A stretch of 16,518 bases of DNA, taken from NCBI GenBank assembly GCA_963840855.1, contig CAWJBB010000088.1:1-16518 (forward strand). Direction: 5' to 3'. Each line of letters starts with the position of its first letter. Position 1 is the first letter of the stretch. The notes below the pieces were generated by a model. That model was not told where the DNA came from, did no database searches, and worked only from the letters and a program-made list of their open reading frames with translations. The DNA comes from an uncultured delta proteobacterium (GTDB lineage: Bacteria > Desulfobacterota > Binatia > UBA9968). This document shows, piece by piece, positions 1-8,055 of the stretch. Made by a program: the position numbers and the translations under genes.

Positions 1-611
1 GGTTCGGTGACTCATCGGAGCTGGCCACAAGGATCGCGGCCAAGGAACTCGGCCTCGACCCGGACCGCGATATTGCGCTGATTCAGGTCGGCAGCGGTCC
101 GGATCGTTTCAACGCGTTGCGTGCCGGGGCGATACAGGCGGCTGGCGGGCCGGCCGAGGTGGTTCGCGGCAAAAAAGAGGGCTTTAATCTCCTGATTGAT
201 CTCACAACAAAAAATGTCGAATACCAGGGTTCGGTCATGGCCATGACGGAGGATTTGATCAGCCAGGATGACACGGCTTTACGGATCATACGGGCGATGG
301 CTGAAGGCCTGCATTATTTTAAAACCCGCAGGGACGAGTCGGTGCGGATCATGAGCATGTATTTGAAAGGCCCCGACATCGAGGCGATGAAGCAAGGGTG
401 GGTGGCGTATGCCGAAACCAACTTCCCTGTCAAGCCCTACCCCTCGGAAAAAGGCATGAAACTGGTCATCCGCGAGGTCGCTAATGAGAATCCGGCGGCG
501 AGCAAAATAACGCCGGCGCGTCTCTTCGACCTGCGCTTCGTTGAACGGGTGGACCGCAACGGCTTCATCGACAATCTGTACCGCGAGCGACCGATGACAA
601 CCGCGAGGTAA
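1..611 (+). CDS. SsuA/THI5(NMT1)-type ABC substrate-binding protein, 3' part (duplicate of 1813-2856), truncated by window edge
   Basis: The frame is open from base 3 to TAA at 609-611. The protein is nearly identical to the C-terminal ~200 aa of 1813-2856, with a one-codon deletion (AAGGPA vs AAVVGPA) and a few substitutions. Confidence 0.85.
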   Translation, partial: FGDSSELATRIAAKELGLDPDRDIALIQVGSGPDRFNALRAGAIQAAGGPAEVVRGKKEGFNLLIDLTTKNVEYQGSVMAMTEDLISQDDTALRIIRAMAEGLHYFKTRRDESVRIMSMYLKGPDIEAMKQGWVAYAETNFPVKPYPSEKGMKLVIREVANENPAASKITPARLFDLRFVERVDRNGFIDNLYRERPMTTAR

Positions 612-715
612 AAAATAGACCGAGGAGTTGCTTTCATTCGCGCAGCTGTATTATAAGCCGCGGTAGAAAGCTCGTTGAGCTGGTAAACAACGTTCGTCGA
701 CATTAGGAGATTCAC

Positions 716-1568
716 ATGATCAACCCCGTTGGGCTTACGCACGGGCATTACGAATGCCGTTCTTTCAAGGATACGTTGCCAATCCTCCAAGACACCCTGG
801 CGTTTGAAATCGTAAAGGAAGCGGACGGCAACGTCATTATGAAGCATCCCAATACCGGTTGGCTGCTGGTGGTTCATGAGGGTGGGCCCAATGCTCCCGA
901 AAAGCCGCGCTTGAACCATTACGGAGTGCGTGTCGCGACCAACCAGGAAGTTGATAACGCGCGCGAATACCTGTTGTCCAAGCAAAGCGCAGTATGGACT
1001 GGTGGAAGTGGATAAACTGCAAAACCGCCACCTGGCGCATTCCGTCCATTTCATCGAACCGGGCGGCAACACGTGGGAAATTGAATCCTACGAACTGGCT
1101 GTCAAAGCCGGGCTGGGCGCAAACGTGTCCGTGCCGTGGCAAACCCCTCTTCCGCCCGAGCGCTTCCCGGGCAGAGGGTACATTCCCCAGGCGCTCACCC
1201 ATGGAACGATCACCTGCTTGAACCTCGATAACTCACGGCAGTTTTACCGCGAGGTGCTGGGTCTCGACGTCGTGTCCCCGTCGCGCAGCGTTAAGCCGCA
1301 CTATATCAAGCATCCCGATACGCCCTGGTACATCGTGAGCCTGGAGCGTAAGCCCGAGATGCGCACGGTGCTCACGCCCTTGCAACGCTACACGGTTACG
1401 GTCGAGTCCGCGGATGCCGTCGCTGAAGCTCATCATGGGCTGAAGGAATCTCGCGATAGTGTGGGCATAACCGGCCTCGGTGAAATCCAAGAGCGCGGTG
1501 GCGCCGTGTCCTTCTTATTGAGCGATCCAGATAACAATTGGTGGGAGATCACAAGCCCCGCGCAGTAA
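716..1568 (+). pseudogene. Frameshifted duplicate of the two-domain VOC protein (2960-3811)
   Basis: One extra C at ~990 (CAAAGCGCAGTATGG vs CAAAGCGAGTATGG) splits the gene into ORFs 716-1015 and 930-1568. RBS AGGAG is retained. This could be a true pseudogene or a sequencing indel. Confidence 0.8.
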
Positions 1569-1591
1569 GGAAGCCTGAGCCGGAGGTCGCC

Positions 1592-1756
1592 ATGGAACTC
1601 GTAGCCCGGATCGTTAGCGCGTTCGCCGTCGCCGGCGTGTTTCTCCTTAGCTTTCACGCGGCTGTTTGGGGAGACGAGAGCGTGATCGCCGGCGCGAAGA
1701 AGGAAGGCCAACTCGTCTGGTACACGACAACGTCGCCGCCGGATAGCAAGCCGTTG
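1592..1756 (+). pseudogene. 5' fragment (55 codons) of the AfuA/FutA-type SBP, cut at the duplication junction
   Basis: MELVARIVSAFAVAG...WYTTTSPPDSKPL matches 3835-3999. The frame then reads through unrelated junction sequence to a stop at 1814-1816. Confidence 0.85.
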
Positions 1757-1800
1757 ATCCGGACGGGAACTATTGGGAAATCATTGCCGCGGCCAACTGA
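1756..1800 (+). pseudogene. 3' tip of another VOC/glyoxalase gene (DPDGNYWEIIAAAN*) exposed at the junction
   Basis: GAT CCG GAC GGG AAC TAT TGG GAA ATC ATT GCC GCG GCC AAC TGA gives the canonical VOC DPDGNxxE motif, then a stop 12 bp before the next ATG. It is not in the ORF track. Confidence 0.75.
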
Positions 1801-1812
1801 TCGGACAGCAGT

Positions 1813-2856
1813 ATGAAAATCACAAAGCGGAAGTCGCTCAACTTTTGCGCGGTATTTTTCGCAAGTTTGGTAATGCTGCCAACGCCGGATGTCCCAGCGC
1901 AACCGAGCCCAAAGGACAAGCGCATCGCGCTCAACATGGTCTACAACAATTTGAGCGTCGGGTCCGGCCCACTCTGGGTTGCACAAAACGCCGGTATTTT
2001 CCAGAAACATGGCCTCGATATGACTTTGAGCCTGGCGCGCGGGAGTTTGTCCGTGCAGGCCATGCTGGCGGGCTCTTTTCCCGTAGGCATCGTGAGCGCA
2101 TCGGGCATAGTGAGCAGTCACTTGAGCGGAGCGCGATTGAAGATTGTCGCCGGTGTGATCAATACCTTGCTCTACACGGTAATCGCCGCGCCGGATGTTA
2201 CTTCCGCCAGCCAGTTAAAAGGCAAGCGCGTCGGCATCAGCCGGTTCGGTGACTCATCGGAGCTGGCCACAAGGATCGCGGCCAAGGAACTCGGCCTCGA
2301 CCCGGACCGCGACATTGCGCTGATTCAGGTCGGCAGCGGTCCGGATCGTTTCAACGCGTTGCGCGCCGGGGCGATACAGGCGGCTGTGGTGGGGCCGGCC
2401 GAGGTGGTTCGCGGCAAAAAAGAGGGCTTTAATCTCCTGATTGATCTCACAACAAAAAATGTCGAATACCAGGGTTCGGTCATGGCCATGACGGAGGATT
2501 TGATCAGCCAGGATGACACGGCTTTACGGATCATACGGGCGATGGCTGAAGGCCTGCATTATTTTAAAACCCGCAGGGACGAGTCGGTGCGGATCATGAG
2601 CATGTATTTGAAAGGCGCCGACATCGAGGCGATGAAGCAAGGGTGGGTGGCGTATGCCGAGCGCATCTTCCCCGTCAAGCCCTACCCCTCGGAAAAAGGC
2701 ATGGAACTGGTCATCCGCGAGGTCGCAAGCCAGAATCCGGCGGCGAGCAAAATAACGCCGGCGCGTCTCTTCGACCTGCGCTTCGTTGAACGGGTGGACC
2801 GCAGCGGCTTCATCGACAATCTGTACCGCGAGCGACCGATGACAACCGCGAGGTAA
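1813..2856 (+). CDS. SsuA/THI5(NMT1)-type ABC substrate-binding protein
   Basis: 347 aa with an N-terminal signal-like segment. Family motifs: PLWVAQNAGIFQKHGLD, QLKGKRVGISRFG, RFNALRAGAIQA and C-terminal FDLRFVERVDRSGFIDNLY. Confidence 0.88.
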   Translation: MKITKRKSLNFCAVFFASLVMLPTPDVPAQPSPKDKRIALNMVYNNLSVGSGPLWVAQNAGIFQKHGLDMTLSLARGSLSVQAMLAGSFPVGIVSASGIVSSHLSGARLKIVAGVINTLLYTVIAAPDVTSASQLKGKRVGISRFGDSSELATRIAAKELGLDPDRDIALIQVGSGPDRFNALRAGAIQAAVVGPAEVVRGKKEGFNLLIDLTTKNVEYQGSVMAMTEDLISQDDTALRIIRAMAEGLHYFKTRRDESVRIMSMYLKGADIEAMKQGWVAYAERIFPVKPYPSEKGMELVIREVASQNPAASKITPARLFDLRFVERVDRSGFIDNLYRERPMTTAR

Positions 2857-2871
2857 AAAATAGACCGAGAG

Positions 2872-2901
2872 TTGCTTTGATTCGCGCAGCTGTATTATAA
2901 G
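2872..2901 (+). promoter_or_regulatory. Possible sigma70-type promoter for the VOC/ABC operon (also in copy 1 at ~628-657)
   Basis: TTGCTT at 2872 followed by AT-rich TATTATAAG at 2893-2901. The spacer is 15 or 18 bp depending on the hexamer chosen, so not ideal. RBS AGGAGG precedes ATG 2960. Confidence 0.3.
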
Positions 2902-2959
2902 CCGCGGTAGAAAGCTCGTTGAGCTGGTAAACAACGTCCGTCGACATTAGGAGGTTCCC

Positions 2960-3811
2960 ATGATCAACCCCGTTGGGCTTACGCACGGGCATTACGAATG
3001 CCGTTCTTTCAAGGATACGTTGCCAATCCTCCAAGACACCCTGGCGTTTGAAATCGTAAAGGAAGCGGACGGCAACGTCATTATGAAGCATCCCAATACC
3101 GATTGGCTGCTGGTGGTTCATGAGGGTGGGCCCAATGCTCCGGAAAAGCCGCGCTTGAACCATTACGGGGTGCGTGTCGCGACCAATCAGGAAGTTGATA
3201 ACGCGCGCGAATACCTGTTGTCCAAGCAAAGCGAGTATGGACTGGTGGAAGTGGATAAACTGCAAAACCGCCACCTGGCGCATTCCGTCCATTTCATCGA
3301 ACCGGGCGGCAACACTTGGGAAATTGAATCCTACGAACTGGCTGTCAAAGCCGGACTGGGCGCAAACGTGTCCGTACCGTGGCAAACCCCTCTTCCGCCC
3401 GAGCGCTTCCCGGGCCGAGGGTACATTCCCCAGGCGCTCACCCATGGAACGATCACCTGCTTGAACCTCGATAACTCACGGCAGTTTTACCGCGAGGTGC
3501 TGGGTCTCGACGTCGTGTCCCCGTCGCGCAGCGTTAAGCCGCACTATATCAAGCATCCCGATACGCCCTGGTACATCGTGAGCCTGGAGCGTAAGCCCGA
3601 GATGCGCACGGTGCTCACGCCTTTTCAACGTTACACGGTTACGGTCGAGTCCGCGGATGCCGTCGCTGAAGCTCATCATGGGCTGAAGGAATCCCGCGAT
3701 AGTGTGGGCATAACCAGCCTCGGTGAAATCCAAGAGCGCGGTGGCGCCGTGTCCTTCTTATTGAGCGATCCAGATAACAATTGGTGGGAGATCACAAGCC
3801 CCGCGCAGTAA
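2960..3811 (+). CDS. Two-domain VOC (glyoxalase/extradiol dioxygenase superfamily) protein
   Basis: 283 aa with internal duplication: LTHGH/LTHGT, KHPNTDW/KHPDTPW, EPGGNTWEI/DPDNNWWEI. Also FYREVLGL. RBS AGGAGG. Confidence 0.88.
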   Translation: MINPVGLTHGHYECRSFKDTLPILQDTLAFEIVKEADGNVIMKHPNTDWLLVVHEGGPNAPEKPRLNHYGVRVATNQEVDNAREYLLSKQSEYGLVEVDKLQNRHLAHSVHFIEPGGNTWEIESYELAVKAGLGANVSVPWQTPLPPERFPGRGYIPQALTHGTITCLNLDNSRQFYREVLGLDVVSPSRSVKPHYIKHPDTPWYIVSLERKPEMRTVLTPFQRYTVTVESADAVAEAHHGLKESRDSVGITSLGEIQERGGAVSFLLSDPDNNWWEITSPAQ

Positions 3812-3834
3812 GGAAGCGTGAGCCGGAGATCGCC

Positions 3835-4854
3835 ATGGAACTCGTAGCCCGGATCGTTAGCGCGTTCGCCATCGCCGGCGTGTTTCTCCTTAGCTTTCAC
3901 GCGGCTGTTTGGGGAGACGAGAGCGTGATCGCCGGCGCGAAGAAGGAAGGCCAACTCGTCTGGTACACGACAACGTCGCCGCCGGATAGCAAGCCGTTGC
4001 TTGACGCCTTCATGAAAAGATATCCGTTTCTCAAGGCGCAGTCGATTCGCAGCGGCGCGCCGGAGCTGGTGGAAAAGTTCATTTTTGAGAAGCGCGCCGG
4101 GAAATACATTGCCGACGTTATTCGCGTGCTTGATTTCGACGTCGAGCGGTTCAAACGGGAGAATCTCGTTGCCCGCTATCAGTCGCCCGCCGCCGAGAAA
4201 TTTTCGCCGTCCATGAAGGATCCCCAGGGCTACTGGACGACCGATGACTATACGATCAAGGTTATGGGCTACAACACGAAACTGGTGGCGGAAAAGGATG
4301 CGCCAAAATCCTGGTTCGATCTGCTCGACCCCAAGTGGCACAGTAAAATCATGATCGAGATTCTCGATTACCGGCTCTATGCAGGCTGGGAACAAAAACT
4401 TGGCCTGGAACAAGCAAACAAGCTGGCGGAAGGATTGGCCCGTCAAAAGATCGCGTTGCGCAGAGGGGCGTCACAGATCGCCGAGTTGCTCGCCGCCGGC
4501 GAGTCGCCGCTGGCGCAGGCCTATGTGCACCATCTGGAAGTGCTCAAAGCCAAGGGCGCGCCCGTGGAATGGATCAGGACCTTCGACCCGCTGGTGGCGC
4601 TGCGCGGCGCCGTGGCGATTTCGGCCAATGCGCCCCATCCCAACGCCGCTCGGCTCTTTGTCGACTTTTATCTTTCGAAAGAGGCGCAGCAGATCGTTCG
4701 CACCTGGGGCAAGGTGCCGGCCCATCCGGAAGTTGAAACTTTTCACAAATCGCTGCAATCCAAAGACCTAAAAATTCACTTCCTCGACCCAAAACTGACC
4801 GGCCAGAACTACGCGCATTACGCGGCGATGGCGAAAAAAGTTTTCTTCCGCTAA
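3835..4854 (+). CDS. Extracellular solute-binding protein, AfuA/FutA (Fe3+/thiamine/polyamine cluster) type
   Basis: Start moved to ATG 3835 (GGAG upstream; 3781 overlaps the VOC gene). Signal peptide, then AKKEGQLVWYT, YNTKLV..PKSWFDLLDPKW and APHPNAARLFVDF. Confidence 0.88.
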   Translation: MELVARIVSAFAIAGVFLLSFHAAVWGDESVIAGAKKEGQLVWYTTTSPPDSKPLLDAFMKRYPFLKAQSIRSGAPELVEKFIFEKRAGKYIADVIRVLDFDVERFKRENLVARYQSPAAEKFSPSMKDPQGYWTTDDYTIKVMGYNTKLVAEKDAPKSWFDLLDPKWHSKIMIEILDYRLYAGWEQKLGLEQANKLAEGLARQKIALRRGASQIAELLAAGESPLAQAYVHHLEVLKAKGAPVEWIRTFDPLVALRGAVAISANAPHPNAARLFVDFYLSKEAQQIVRTWGKVPAHPEVETFHKSLQSKDLKIHFLDPKLTGQNYAHYAAMAKKVFFR

Positions 4855-4875
4855 CCACCCTCTCACCTCTAACCC

Positions 4876-6573
4876 GTGACGAGGTATGCCATCGGCAAAA
4901 ATCTCATCCTGCTGATCCTGCTGGGAGTCGTCGTCTATCTCACACTGATTCCCCTGATTATGATCCTTTACGGCACTTTCCGGGACGGCCCGCCAGGCAC
5001 CCCAGCGTCCTTTACGTTGATGAATTACGCCCGGGCGTACGGCGACCTGAGCCTTTTTAAGCTGGCCTGGAATACCATGGTATTCGCGATCGGCGCGGCG
5101 ATCGTTTCTTTCAGCTTCGGCGGTTTTCTCGCCTGGGTGACGGAGCGCACGGACACACCCTTCAAGGGTATGATCTATGGACTGGCGCTGTTTCCCTTCG
5201 TCATTCCCGGCATCTTGACGACCATCGCCTGGGTTCTTCTGCTCAGCCCGAAGATCGGCTGGATCAATAGATTTTTCATCGAACAGCTGGGCTTCTCGAG
5301 CGCGCCGTTCAATCTTTATTCGATGGCGGGGATGATCTGGGTTTTTGGCATCGACAACATCACCTTGCCGTTTTTTCTCATGGCCGCTTCGTTTCGTTCC
5401 ATGGACCCGGCGCTGGAGGAAGCCGGGCGCGCCTCGGGCATGGGCGGCTTGAGCACCTTTTGGCATGTAAATCTAAAGCTCATGATCCCGACCATCTTTG
5501 CCGTGTTGCTCCTTTTGGTCGTGCGCGGCATCGAGACCTTCGAAGTCCCGGCGGTGATAGGATTGCCGGCGGAAATCAAAGTTTACGCCAGCGAGATTTT
5601 CTTGGCTCTGCGCATGTACCAACCGCCGGACTACAACCTGGCGGGAACCTACTCGACTTTTTATCTCGTAGTCGCCTCCGTGGGCGTGGCGCTCTACCTC
5701 AAAGCTACTTCGGCGTCGGAAAAATACGCCACGATCACCGGTAAAGGCTACCGGCCACGCACTCAACGTCTTGGCCGCTGGCGTTATCTGACCTTGCTGC
5801 TGTCATCGCTTATCCTGTTCGTCGGCGTGATTCTGCCGTTCCTCGTGGTGGCTTTGACCTCGGTTCTGCCCATCTACCAAAGACCGTCACGGGAGCTGTT
5901 GTCGGCGCTGACTCTCGAGAACTACCGCACGGTGCTTGGCCTGGACCTGTTCTATCAAGCGCTCCTCAACAACGTGGTGGTGGGGGTGTTGAGCGCGACG
6001 GCGGCGGTGGTGCTCGCCGCCGCGGTGGCCTGGGTCGTGGTGCGAACCGGGCTTCGCGGCAGAAAACTCTTGGACATCGTGGCCTTCACGCCCATGGCGT
6101 TTCCCGGAATCGTCATCGGTCTTGCGCTGCTGTGGATGTATCTGACCTTGCCGATTCCGATTTATGGAACGCTATGGATCCTGGTGATCGCCTACGTGAC
6201 GAAATATGTTCCCATCGCGCTGCGCGCCTGCCACACCGCGCTGTTGCAGCTCCATCCGGAACTGGAAGAGGCATCCGTGATCTCCGGCTCGTCATGGCTC
6301 AGAACTTTCGGGCGCGTCGTGTTGCCGTTGATTCTTCCCGGCGTGGCGGCGGGCTGGTTCTATGTTTTGGCGCTGACTTTCAAAGTGCTGTCGCTGCCGG
6401 TTTTACTCAGCCACCTGGGTACGGAAGTGCTCCCGGTGGTGATCTACGGCTTCTACGAGTCCGGCCGCTTTTCGGAGCTGTCCGCGCTCGGCGTGCTGCT
6501 CATCGGCGCGCTCGGCGTCGTGGCGTTGGGCACGCGCGTCTTTGCGAGCCAATTCTCCGTACACGAGAGTTAG
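4876..6573 (+). CDS. ABC transporter permease, FbpB/AfuB-type (two fused TM domains)
   Basis: 565 aa, highly hydrophobic. Two EAA-like loops: MDPALEEAGRASG and LHPELEEASVISG. GTG start. Confidence 0.92.
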   Translation: MTRYAIGKNLILLILLGVVVYLTLIPLIMILYGTFRDGPPGTPASFTLMNYARAYGDLSLFKLAWNTMVFAIGAAIVSFSFGGFLAWVTERTDTPFKGMIYGLALFPFVIPGILTTIAWVLLLSPKIGWINRFFIEQLGFSSAPFNLYSMAGMIWVFGIDNITLPFFLMAASFRSMDPALEEAGRASGMGGLSTFWHVNLKLMIPTIFAVLLLLVVRGIETFEVPAVIGLPAEIKVYASEIFLALRMYQPPDYNLAGTYSTFYLVVASVGVALYLKATSASEKYATITGKGYRPRTQRLGRWRYLTLLLSSLILFVGVILPFLVVALTSVLPIYQRPSRELLSALTLENYRTVLGLDLFYQALLNNVVVGVLSATAAVVLAAAVAWVVVRTGLRGRKLLDIVAFTPMAFPGIVIGLALLWMYLTLPIPIYGTLWILVIAYVTKYVPIALRACHTALLQLHPELEEASVISGSSWLRTFGRVVLPLILPGVAAGWFYVLALTFKVLSLPVLLSHLGTEVLPVVIYGFYESGRFSELSALGVLLIGALGVVALGTRVFASQFSVHES

Positions 6574-6577
6574 CACC

Positions 6578-7669
6578 GTGATTAACGCGACGGATCTAAG
6601 TAAAGTCTTTCTCGACGGCGCTAAAGAAGTCAGGGCCGTGGACGGCGTTTCGTTTACCGTCCCGCCCGGCAAGCTCTTTACTCTTCTGGGGCCCAGCGGC
6701 TGCGGCAAAACGACCACCCTCAGGTGCATTGCCGGTTTGGAAGCTCCTTCGACTGGTGAGATTGCCATAGGAAAGAGCCTAGTGTTCGACGCGAAGCGCG
6801 GCATGTCGGTGCCGCCCAACAAGCGCCGCATCGGCATGGTTTTCCAGTCCTATGCCATCTGGCCCCACATGACGGTATTTCAGAATGTTTACTATCCGTT
6901 AAAGAGCAGAGGATTTACTCGCTCACAGGCCAAGGACCGCGCGCGTAGCGCGCTTGAGAGCGTAGGCCTAATTGAGCTTGAAGACAGGCCGGCACCCAGG
7001 TTATCCGGCGGCCAACAGCAAAGGGTGGCCCTGGCGCGCGCCCTGGCAGGCGATCCCGAAGTTTTGCTCTTGGACGAGCCGCTCAGCAATCTGGATGCGA
7101 AGCTCAGAGAGGAGATGAGGTCCGGGATCCGCAGTCTGCAGAAGCGGATTCAGATTACCTCGCTGTATGTGACCCATGATCAAATCGAAGCGCTAACTAT
7201 TTCTGACCAGATCGCGGTGATGCATGCCGGCAAGATCGTCGAGATCGGTAGTCCCAAGGATATCTATTTGCATCCCAAGACCCGCTTTGCCGCCAACTTC
7301 ATCGGTATGACCAATATCATTCCCGGGCAAATGAAGGGCGAGGAGCAAGACCTACGTATTGTTCAAGCGCCGTTTGGCGAGATTTTTTGCCGCACAGATG
7401 AAACTACCTCAAGCGACAGGGTACTCGTGCTGGTGCGACCCGAAAGCCTCCGGCTGACGAGTATTTCTCCGGCATCGCGGCAAAATATCTGGAGCGGAGA
7501 AATCAAAGAAAAAATCTTCCTGGGAGATTTTATCGATTGTGAGATCTCCTGCGATGGGTTTTCTTTGCGCGCCAAAGTCGACCCCTATAACGACTTGGCC
7601 GAGGGACAACGGGTGTATGTATCGGTGGATCCCGCCCGCTGCGCCATAATCGCGGCTGCGGAAGGCTAG
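6578..7669 (+). CDS. ABC transporter ATP-binding protein, FbpC/PotA-type with C-terminal TOBE domain
   Basis: Walker A GPSGCGKT, Q-loop VFQSYA, signature LSGGQQQR, Walker B LLLDEP, H-switch VTHDQ. Likely start is GTG 6578, just after the permease stop. Confidence 0.93.
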   Translation: MINATDLSKVFLDGAKEVRAVDGVSFTVPPGKLFTLLGPSGCGKTTTLRCIAGLEAPSTGEIAIGKSLVFDAKRGMSVPPNKRRIGMVFQSYAIWPHMTVFQNVYYPLKSRGFTRSQAKDRARSALESVGLIELEDRPAPRLSGGQQQRVALARALAGDPEVLLLDEPLSNLDAKLREEMRSGIRSLQKRIQITSLYVTHDQIEALTISDQIAVMHAGKIVEIGSPKDIYLHPKTRFAANFIGMTNIIPGQMKGEEQDLRIVQAPFGEIFCRTDETTSSDRVLVLVRPESLRLTSISPASRQNIWSGEIKEKIFLGDFIDCEISCDGFSLRAKVDPYNDLAEGQRVYVSVDPARCAIIAAAEG

Positions 7670-7729
7670 AGTGTCGGTTGGCATTGACTCGAAAGGTGCG
7701 CAGAAACGAACCGCTTCGGACAAGTATTT

Positions 7730-7870
7730 TTATTCTCCTTCGCCGAATACCTCGCAGCTTGCTGCGGGGATGAAGGCGAGGAGAACCCTCCGTAGCCTTG
7801 GCGAAGGAGGGTAGCGGCTTCGGGGAATTTCGCAGGATACCCCGCAGCTTGCTGCGGGGAGCTTCATTAT
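7730..7870 (-). mobile_element. Small non-autonomous palindromic element (PATE/MITE-like, IS200/IS605-type ends) with an internal REP-like hairpin
   Basis: Two 24-bp direct repeats ATACC(T/C)CGCAGCTTGCTGCGGGGA at 7747-7770 and 7837-7860, each a hairpin. Outer stem TTCTCCT(T)CGCC/GGCGAGGAGAA. Internal hairpin CCCTCC...GGAGGG at 7786-7811. TTAT at both boundaries. No transposase. Confidence 0.6.
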
Positions 7871-8055
7871 CAAATAGATTGTTGTCGAAAACCGGTCGTG
7901 ATGTCGCGCTCTGTCATCATTACCTCAATTTGCGCCGCTGTGGCATGGATGTTGCCGCTGTCCCTGCATTGTTGCCATCGACCCGCGGCAAAATTTGCTC
8001 AGCGCGACGCAGGCCGAGTAGAGATTGCGTAGGGCCGCTCTAAAGTTGCTGCGAG

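Larger units (their letters stand above)
1..1756 (+). repeat. Copy 1 of a ~2243-bp tandem duplication (5' end beyond window edge); matches 2243-3999
   Basis: Position 1 (GGTTCGGTGACTCATCGGAG) aligns to 2243. Near-identity continues to ...GGATAGCAAGCCGTTG at 1756 / 3999 and then stops abruptly. The offset shifts 2242->2245->2244->2243 through small indels. Confidence 0.95.
2243..3999 (+). repeat. Copy 2 (intact genes) of the duplicated segment; the full repeat unit is probably 1757-3999
   Basis: Direct alignment with 1-1756. The unit length is inferred from the 2243-bp offset at the junction. Confidence 0.92.

Noticed and set aside
985-995. Programmed frameshift in the copy-1 VOC gene
   Set aside because: No slippery run or stimulatory structure, and the intact copy shows it is a simple 1-bp insertion.
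6578-7669. ATPase gene looks somewhat more AT-rich, with rare codons (AGG/AGA/CTA), than its permease
   Set aside because: Impression by eye only, not quantified, and with no boundary signal. Insufficient to claim a separate origin.
7747-7860. Possible mini CRISPR array (two 24-bp palindromic direct repeats)
   Set aside because: Only two units, a 66-bp 'spacer' that is itself structured, and no cas genes. Better explained as transposon-end/REP hairpins.
7670-7870. Riboswitch or tRNA in the structured intergenic region
   Set aside because: It lies downstream of two convergent genes, with no cloverleaf or recognisable aptamer motifs.
7798-8043. 81-aa ORF in the convergent intergenic region
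   Set aside because: TTG start inside the palindromic element, partly a translation of the repeat, and no recognisable protein features.
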